Both the position numbers and the translations under genes were made by a program. A stretch of 8,986 bases of DNA. Origin: Andalucia godoyi And28 (lineage: Eukaryota > Protista > Jakobida). Shown here in pieces: positions 1 to 5,896 of this stretch. The stretch spans positions 329,480 to 338,465 of the forward strand of contig VRVR01000021.1 in the NCBI GenBank assembly GCA_009859145.1. The letters are read 5' to 3'. Below the pieces are notes generated by a model. It did no database searches. It worked only from the letters and a program-made list of their open reading frames with translations, and was not told where the DNA came from. Position 1 is the stretch's first letter. Each line of letters begins with the position of its first letter.

Positions 1-13
1 GAAAGAAAGAAAA

Positions 14-35
14 GACAGACAGACAGACAGACAGA

Positions 36-74
<39 letters not shown>

Positions 75-80
75 GGAGAG
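14..80. repeat. Compound microsatellite (GACA)6-(CA)8-(GA)10 followed by an A/G-rich tract
   Basis: Read directly: GACA x6 at 14-37, CA x8 at 38-53, GA x10 at 54-73. Confidence 0.97.
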
Positions 81-194
81 AAAAGAAAAAGAAAAATGAA
101 AAATGAAAGAAACGAAGGAACATGATTGGATTGCGACAACGTGTGATGGTGGAGAGACGGCGAGAAGGAAGTGAACGACGACAACAACATGTAA

Positions 195-200
195 TTTAAT
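195..200 (-). terminator. Candidate polyadenylation signal (ATTAAA) for the gamma-CA gene
   Basis: TTTAAT on + is ATTAAA on -, about 190 nt downstream of the stop in AT-rich 3' sequence. The poly(A) signal of this organism is unknown. Confidence 0.25.
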
Positions 201-391
201 ATGATGATGGACGCATGGTTTTTGCGTGTACTTTAAAACTTTAAGAGGAAACAAAAACAGAAGAGAAAAACAACAACAAAAACTACAAACAAACACAGTT
301 TCTGCCTCCTCCACGAATACAAATGTGTTCAATGGGTAGGAGATGGCGACGACGATTCATGATGATGATGACACCGCATGCGCCTAGGTGT

Positions 392-1189
392 TTACAAGTC
401 CTGGATGCCGAGTTCTTTGCGGATGGTCTGCGCCTGTTTCCAGAGCGACGCTTCCCCGGCGTCCGTGTTTTCCCTGTGCTTGATGGCGAGTTTCCAGTAC
501 TCCTCTGCACTCTTCATAAAGTACTCCTGTTCGGTCTCCTTGGTGGCTCGCAGTCTCCTTGCAGGAACTCCACCCCACACTTCTCCTTCCTTGACCACGA
601 CTCCAGCGCCTACAACGGCGCCTGCCGCGACAATCGAGCGTGGCTCCACGACAGAGCCAGGCATCAAAACGGCCCCCATTCCAATCAACGACTCATCGCC
701 AACCTTGGTCGAGTGCAGCTGCGCTCCATGGCCAATGGTCACAAACGATCCAATGACAGTCGCCCCAGTCACAATCGCTCCATCTTGCACATTCGAGCCG
801 TATCCAACATGCAGCACAGACGCTCCATCCACAGCCGCCGATGTGCTAGAAGCCGCCGATGAATTGGAAGGAGAAGAGGAAGAAGACGAAGCGGTGGAAG
901 ACGGTTCGGAGCGAACAATAGCATCCGGCCACACCGACACCCGATCGGCAATCTGCACGTGGCCCGCAACCAGCGCTGATTCAGCAATATAAGATTCGGC
1001 AGACACGCTTGGGGCAGCTGAGCCAAGCCGCAGAATGGAGCGATGCGAAGAATAAGGTTCATAGAAACCGCGGAAGAGCGATCGCAGTGCTTGCAAAGGC
1101 GAGGAAGGCGCCGCGGGGCCTGAAGCACCCAGTGACGGGGTAACACCGGTTGACGAATACCGGACGAGACGCAATGCAGAACGCTTCAT
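392..1189 (-). CDS. Mitochondrial gamma carbonic anhydrase / CA-like protein (hexapeptide-repeat left-handed beta-helix), probable accessory subunit of respiratory complex I; 265 aa
   Basis: Hexapeptide repeats and family motifs SVW..A.VR, GSNVQD, VTIGH.A.LH, IGMGAVL and GEVWGG.PAR, plus a C-terminal helix. The N-terminus MKRSALRLVRYSS is Arg-rich and acid-free like a mitochondrial presequence. The track start at 1225 is GTG; the first ATG is at 1189. Confidence 0.92.
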   Translation of the reverse strand: MKRSALRLVRYSSTGVTPSLGASGPAAPSSPLQALRSLFRGFYEPYSSHRSILRLGSAAPSVSAESYIAESALVAGHVQIADRVSVWPDAIVRSEPSSTASSSSSSPSNSSAASSTSAAVDGASVLHVGYGSNVQDGAIVTGATVIGSFVTIGHGAQLHSTKVGDESLIGMGAVLMPGSVVEPRSIVAAGAVVGAGVVVKEGEVWGGVPARRLRATKETEQEYFMKSAEEYWKLAIKHRENTDAGEASLWKQAQTIRKELGIQDL

Positions 1190-1209
1190 GGGAGAAAAAT
1201 ACGAAACTT

Positions 1210-1232
1210 CACACACCTCACACACCTCACAC
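1210..1232. repeat. Tandem 9-mer (CACACACCT) x2.5 in a CA-rich stretch
   Basis: Units at 1210-1218 and 1219-1227, partial unit at 1228-1232. Confidence 0.85.
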
Positions 1233-1530
1233 TCTCTCTAGCTACCACACAGCCACACACGAACCAATAAACACACGTCACACTCTCGAATGCAATTGAA
1301 TGGGGAACGGCCTTTGCGAATGCGAAAAGAGTAGAAGAAGGAAAAGGAAAGACGCGCAACAATTCCCTTTCTTTGCGTGGGAACTTGATGCGTTGATACT
1401 GGATGCAGGACGCATGGTCGGGGGGTTTTCCGATTGGACAACACGTTGGCGGACGTTGGGAAGCATTCGATACTCCTTGTAATCCTCCGACATTCTGCGA
1501 GTCCTAGTTCGCACTTCGCACACCGAGTAC

Positions 1531-1558
1531 ATGCATGGATGTATGGATGCATGGATAT
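1531..1558. repeat. Degenerate tetranucleotide repeat: ATGC ATGG ATGT ATGG ATGC ATGG ATAT
   Basis: Read directly. It runs into the TATAAA at 1556-1561. Confidence 0.8.
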
Positions 1559-1561
1559 AAA
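1556..1561 (+). promoter_or_regulatory. Candidate TATA box for the + strand small gene
   Basis: TATAAA ends 48 nt upstream of ATG 1609. The position is plausible but there is no transcript evidence. Confidence 0.35.
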
Positions 1562-1608
1562 CAGAGAATTGAAAGTCGTAGCACAAAGAAAGGACGGGAA
1601 AAGAGCAG

Positions 1609-1959
1609 ATGGCGACGACAACAAAGAAGAATTTCAATATGAGCGGAAACGACATTGCGTCGACGCTTCATGATATGGGAGCTACGTCGCTGACGGATCT
1701 GAACTCGTCGCAGGCGATTTCATGCAACTTGTGGAAGCGTGTGAATCCTCTTTGGCTTCCAGAGCCTGTTGCGCCACACTCTGTTTTCAAACAAGATATG
1801 GAGGATGCCCTGAACTCGGGATTCAAGGAAAAACACGACTTTACCCATCATCGTCGAAGAGATGGCTTCACGCATTTTGTCGAGGCCAACGCGCGTTTCA
1901 CAGCCATGAACAAACTGCAAGCGACACAAGGTGGTGCTGCTTCTCCGAAAAAGTCGTGA
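1609..1959 (+). CDS. Hypothetical small soluble protein, 116 aa (106 aa if ATG 1639 is used)
   Basis: The only ORF filling the gap between a divergent promoter and a convergent 3' end. It has coding-like GC content, natural amino-acid composition and an ATG start. No family recognised. Confidence 0.75.
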   Translation: MATTTKKNFNMSGNDIASTLHDMGATSLTDLNSSQAISCNLWKRVNPLWLPEPVAPHSVFKQDMEDALNSGFKEKHDFTHHRRRDGFTHFVEANARFTAMNKLQATQGGAASPKKS

Positions 1960-2090
1960 TTTCTTATCGCTTTTTGAGCAAGCAGGATTTCAGGAAGAGT
2001 TGGTGATTCAACAGGGTCAGAAGCAGTGTTGGGGAAACGAAGAAATGAGAAAGAGAGAGAGATGCGCTGCTTTCGCTGATCACGGTGGCG

Positions 2091-2110
2091 ATCATGATAA
2101 TCATGATAAT
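2091..2110. repeat. Tandem 9-mer (ATCATGATA) x2 containing palindromic ATCATGAT, in the convergent 3' spacer
   Basis: Units at 2091-2099 and 2100-2108; a short (GA)n run lies at about 2052-2062. Confidence 0.75.
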
Positions 2111-2163
2111 GTGTATTATACAGTAAACTTGTGTTATTATAGGATATGATGATGAGCGACACG

Positions 2164-5100
2164 TCAGGTTGAAATGGACAGGGTGGATACTGCTTCTGTG
2201 GGCACTAAACCGAGAGAAACCAAGGACGAAGGCTGCACTTTGACATGAGCATGCGCGGAGGCAGGAAAAGCAGACAAGCTGGAGTGTCCCGTTGGATGGT
2301 GGTGACTCGCATGGTGGACCTTCCGAGCCACTTCCAGGGACGTGGAGATCGGACGCAGCATCGCACGCGGAGCCACAACGTCGCCAGAACATAGAGGGAT
2401 TGCAGAAAATTGGAATGAAAAGGGCGTTGTCGCGGCCCACTCCACCATCGTCACAGTATTTCCAACAAGCAGCCATGTGGAGTCTTCCGCAAACAACTCG
2501 ATCACGCTTGGCACAGCACGGTCAGTCGACAAATCGGAGGCGATTAGATCGCACGCGACTTCGAACGTCACGAGGTCCGCATATCGAATGTTCGAAGAAA
2601 GGCATGTCACCGTCAGGAAACAAGAGGTAGTCGCAGTGGTCGACGTCGCCGTCCGCGGACACTCCGACATGTCCGGGTCCATGGGAATATCCAGAACAGA
2701 AGGGACAGACAGACTGGACGGTTGACATCCGCCATCCGTGAAATGCAGCCGCATACTGATCGAGCGCTCTGTGAACGGCAAGAGCGCTTCCACCGTCTTT
2801 GCATCCACGAGCAAGATCTCAAAAAGTGTTTCCGAAGGGCGAACGGCAGCAGGGCCCGCATTGCAGATGCTCGTGGAAATCTCAGAGACTTGCAGACCGG
2901 TCGCAGTGTCGTGGACCAGACATTCACATTTGGAAACGCAAAACACGCTGTCCGAATCATTGATGATGGAGCATTGCAGGAGATTGGCATCACCGTCGGA
3001 GGCGTGCGAAACAATAAACCGTCCTCGCGCGCGGAATGGAGACCGAAACGAAAGAGAAAACTCCTGGGAGGTGGAAAACCGCTGTCCACTGGACGATCGG
3101 TAGTCCACCTGAACAGAAACGGAGTGCAGCACCGTGGAAGGAACCGCACACGATTGAACGACCAGCGGGTACAAAAGCGAGGATGGAGGATCCGAGGGAA
3201 GCTTGGTGAAGGACTTTTGCCAGGAGTCGGTCGATAATTTCTCCGCGACATCCAGTGCGTCTGAACAAAACTGCAGTCCTGTCGAAGAAGTCACTGAGAT
3301 GCGTCCTTCGACGACATCATCCAACATGCCGTGAAGACGCAGTTGGATTTCTTGAGGCCAATTCGGCACCAGACACGACGGATGATCCAAAGAAGCAGAC
3401 ACCGTAAGCGGAGACTGCTTTACAGGAATGTCCAGAGCAGCGCCTGCTAGGCTTGTCCAGTTGTAGATCCCGAAATCATCCAAGAAAAAAACGAGGCGAT
3501 CTGTTTCATACCAGCCAAGCGGACAGCAGAGCAAGGCAAATTGCAATTCACATTTGCAAAAAGGATGCAACGTGACTGACTCGTGATGAAATTCGACAAC
3601 TTCGTCAAATGGATCTGCATTCTTTGGTGAGAAAGGGGAGGAACCGGGATCCAACACTCGGCGCCGCACAGAGCGTTGGTTGAGAGGTGATCGTGTGCAA
3701 GACAGCGTGACGGAGGACACGGAAACCGGCATCGGGAAATGAGATGTAATCGAGACAGTGACGACAGGAGAGTGCGGAGACTTTGCCAAGGAACTGGATA
3801 CCTTTGCAGTCACAAAAATCACATTGCGAAGGGATACGGCAAGCATTCCCGCAGCAGACGGATTTATCGATGCATTCTGCAACCGGGGTTTCTGCTGAGA
3901 CCGATACGAGTCCAAGATAGCAAGAGCTTTCAAGAACAGCTGCTTCCGAACATCCTCACTCCAACTTTCCAAAGCACACATTTCGAGAAGAGATATCAGA
4001 CACTCATCCAGATGGCCCAGTTTTTCCTGGCAGTACGCAAGCAATGGCAAGCATCGGGCTAGTAGATCAACCCAGCTGTCGGACCGCAGCAAGAATGATT
4101 CCTGCTTAAGGATCAGGTACGATTCATCAAAGTCAGATCGACACATGCGCACATACGCCAGATCGTCGTTCACTTCAGCAACCCATCGCGGTCGTGCTCG
4201 GATTTGAAAAGCTGTGATAATCTGTGCGCTCGTGGACATCAGCAGAGTATCAAATGCTTGCACAGAGAGCAGTGCATTGAACAAGTCACGATATCGTATC
4301 TCCGCAATGTCTCCGTCGGTAATCGACAAATCGGGGTCTCGATACTGATGAAATCGGTCACAGGAAACAATGTCAAACAAGGACAGCTCCGGAAGGAAGC
4401 CACGTGCAGCTCCCAGACGAAGAAGCTCCGTTCGAGACAAGTTTAGAATTTCAGTTGCCGCATCAAAGAGGGGGTGCCCTTCCGGCAGACCGCGTCCCTC
4501 AATCCACACACGAATGATCTCTGCAAGTGATGAAAACGCACAAAATCCCCATACGTGCGATCGAAGTAACATCTGCGGATCATCATGCCAGGCCGCGAGA
4601 TAGTACCTAATGAACTTCTTTCCTGTGTTGGCAGCCTCCAGCCAATCCAGAGAAAAGTTGAGCACTGCGATCTGCCTTGAGACGATGTACTCATGAACTT
4701 CAAACGCCGTGATCTCCCTTGATTCAATCATGTCACGATACGGCTTTTGGAGAACATCAAAGATGCGGGTCGATATGCTCTCCAAACTCAGCTGGGACGG
4801 GGACTTGAATATGGATTTGTGCGTCTCCACAAACTTGAACAAGTCCGCATACATCTTGTTTGCGTGGACAAAGAGGCGAAACTGGGTGTACGAAATCGCG
4901 AGTGCGTCGACCACTAAAATGTATCGAAACACATCTATACCACCTCCCACAGTGTTGCTGGAGACAAGCGATTTGGTAGCTTCGATCTCCAGTGACTGGA
5001 TGCGCTCCGCAAAAGACTGTGCAAGACTGGAGCGCATGACGGCGATCAACGACGGGATGTCATCGAGTCTGGAGATTTTCGTTCCCACGGGCAAATCGGC

Positions 5101-5514
5101 TTTCAGCTTGTCAAAGATCTTCCTCTGATCCTTCTCCTTTTCCTTGTCATCAATCTCTGGCACAAACACAAAGATATGACTCCGTTGAGCGACCTTCAGT
5201 GCTTCTGCAAGGTCGGTCAGCCTCTTTCGAACGCCGCCGTCCTTGTACGCCTTTGAATTGGGGCACTTGAATAGCACAGCATACACGTATGGATCATTCC
5301 ACGGAGACACAGAGCCATATGCAGAGTTGGAAGGAAGAGGGAGAGTCTTTGAAACCGTGTACTCGATGGACACCGACGAGCGTTCCGCAATTTTCGAAGA
5401 ATCGACAAACTGTATGTCATCTAGATGCGGCACATTTTCAAGAAACACCGGTCGAACATCGTTCCACTGAACGTTCTCAGGAAATATCCGGACGGTTGCA
5501 CGCGAAGTGTCCAT
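2164..5514 (-). CDS. TRAPPC10: Trafficking protein particle complex II subunit 10 (Trs130), 1116 aa
   Basis: Motifs match plant/animal TRS130 as I recall it: PYVYAVLFKC, RKIFDKLKADL, FRYILVVDALA..Y, FEVHEYIVSRQ..L, SWVDLLARCLP.LA.CQ.KLG and C-terminal WLLVG...IPL.SG.V..P. Length is typical and the ORF is uninterrupted. Confidence 0.9.
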   Translation of the reverse strand: MDTSRATVRIFPENVQWNDVRPVFLENVPHLDDIQFVDSSKIAERSSVSIEYTVSKTLPLPSNSAYGSVSPWNDPYVYAVLFKCPNSKAYKDGGVRKRLTDLAEALKVAQRSHIFVFVPEIDDKEKEKDQRKIFDKLKADLPVGTKISRLDDIPSLIAVMRSSLAQSFAERIQSLEIEATKSLVSSNTVGGGIDVFRYILVVDALAISYTQFRLFVHANKMYADLFKFVETHKSIFKSPSQLSLESISTRIFDVLQKPYRDMIESREITAFEVHEYIVSRQIAVLNFSLDWLEAANTGKKFIRYYLAAWHDDPQMLLRSHVWGFCAFSSLAEIIRVWIEGRGLPEGHPLFDAATEILNLSRTELLRLGAARGFLPELSLFDIVSCDRFHQYRDPDLSITDGDIAEIRYRDLFNALLSVQAFDTLLMSTSAQIITAFQIRARPRWVAEVNDDLAYVRMCRSDFDESYLILKQESFLLRSDSWVDLLARCLPLLAYCQEKLGHLDECLISLLEMCALESWSEDVRKQLFLKALAILDSYRSQQKPRLQNASINPSAAGMLAVSLRNVIFVTAKVSSSLAKSPHSPVVTVSITSHFPMPVSVSSVTLSCTRSPLNQRSVRRRVLDPGSSPFSPKNADPFDEVVEFHHESVTLHPFCKCELQFALLCCPLGWYETDRLVFFLDDFGIYNWTSLAGAALDIPVKQSPLTVSASLDHPSCLVPNWPQEIQLRLHGMLDDVVEGRISVTSSTGLQFCSDALDVAEKLSTDSWQKSFTKLPSDPPSSLLYPLVVQSCAVPSTVLHSVSVQVDYRSSSGQRFSTSQEFSLSFRSPFRARGRFIVSHASDGDANLLQCSIINDSDSVFCVSKCECLVHDTATGLQVSEISTSICNAGPAAVRPSETLFEILLVDAKTVEALLPFTERSISMRLHFTDGGCQPSSLSVPSVLDIPMDPDMSECPRTATSTTATTSCFLTVTCLSSNIRYADLVTFEVACDLIASDLSTDRAVPSVIELFAEDSTWLLVGNTVTMVEWAATTPFSFQFSAIPLCSGDVVAPRAMLRPISTSLEVARKVHHASHHHPTGHSSLSAFPASAHAHVKVQPSSLVSLGLVPTEAVSTLSIST

Positions 5515-5558
5515 ATGTTCGCGTCGCGACCAGTCGTTTGATAAAGCGCAAAAAGCTG

Positions 5559-5633
5559 ACGAAGAAGATGCAGAAGACGAAGAAGAAGGAAGGAAAATAA
5601 AAAGAAAAAAGAAAAAAGAAAAAGAAAAAGAAG
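5559..5633 (-). other. About 75-nt polypyrimidine tract (on -) upstream of TRAPPC10, ending in TCGTCAG
   Basis: A/G-rich run on +. The CAG (- strand 5558-5556) lies 41 nt before the ATG. Confidence 0.8.
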
Positions 5634-5812
5634 CCTCTCACACTTATACAGCAGGAACACGATTTTCAAAGTGCATCAGCTGAAGTGAGGGAAGTCCAAG
5701 CGAGCAGAACTGCAGGAGACGATCAGGAATACATAGCTATCTGCAGGCGAAAAGAGGTTCCGAAACAAAAAGTTCACGTCGACGACGCAGATGTGCAGTT
5801 ACATTTCAGCAG

Positions 5813-5880
5813 TATTAAAATAATATAATTGTTTTAATTTAAATTTAAAAAAGGAAAAAAGAAAAAAGAAATGAAAAAGA
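5813..5880 (-). terminator. AT-rich 3' end region of the urea-channel gene with candidate ATTAAA (5833-5838) and a T-rich tract
   Basis: Nearly pure A/T sequence starting just after the stop at 5897; the same hexamer follows the gamma-CA gene. Confidence 0.4.
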
Positions 5881-5896
5881 TGTACATTCCATTTGC

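Larger units (their letters stand above)
1190..1608. promoter_or_regulatory. Probable bidirectional promoter region between head-to-head genes
   Basis: Divergent ATGs at 1189 (-) and 1609 (+). Contains CCAAT (1264-1268), ATTGG (1433-1437), TATAAA (1556-1561) and inverted TTCGCA doublets. Confidence 0.6.

Noticed and set aside
1-120. Terminal repeats as telomere, CRISPR array or mobile-element ends (also 8955-8986)
   Set aside because: These are simple microsatellites with no repeat-spacer structure, no matching inverted ends and no transposase. They more likely mark assembly breakpoints.
323-992. Antisense + strand ORFs of 179 and 204 aa over the gamma-CA gene
   Set aside because: They lie entirely opposite a well-supported CDS and have no recognisable motifs; typical shadow ORFs.
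1190-1225. N-terminal extension MCEVCEVSYFSP of gamma-CA in the ORF track
   Set aside because: It starts at GTG inside a CA repeat. The presequence-like N-terminus begins at ATG 1189.
1531-1560. Nine-codon uORF MHGCMDAWI* created by the ATGN repeat
   Set aside because: It lies upstream of and overlaps the candidate TATA box, so it is probably not in the transcript; a by-product of the repeat.
1957-1977. TGA stops as possible selenocysteine or readthrough sites
   Set aside because: Another in-frame TGA follows within six codons here, the other proteins end where their families normally end, and no SECIS-like hairpin was evident.
2281-2320. His-rich patch (HHASHHHPTGH) near the TRAPPC10 C-terminus
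   Set aside because: A short low-complexity insertion in a variable loop; nothing supports metal binding.
2292-5600. Numerous overlapping ORFs (up to 212 aa) within or antisense to TRAPPC10
   Set aside because: No family motifs, biased compositions, and many have non-ATG starts; expected in ~50% GC coding DNA.
5642-5812. GC-balanced stretch in the UT-TRAPPC10 spacer checked for tRNA, snoRNA or a small gene
   Set aside because: I could not identify a cloverleaf, C/D or H/ACA box arrangement, or an ATG-initiated ORF by eye; probably the TRAPPC10 promoter. An Infernal/Rfam scan would be decisive.
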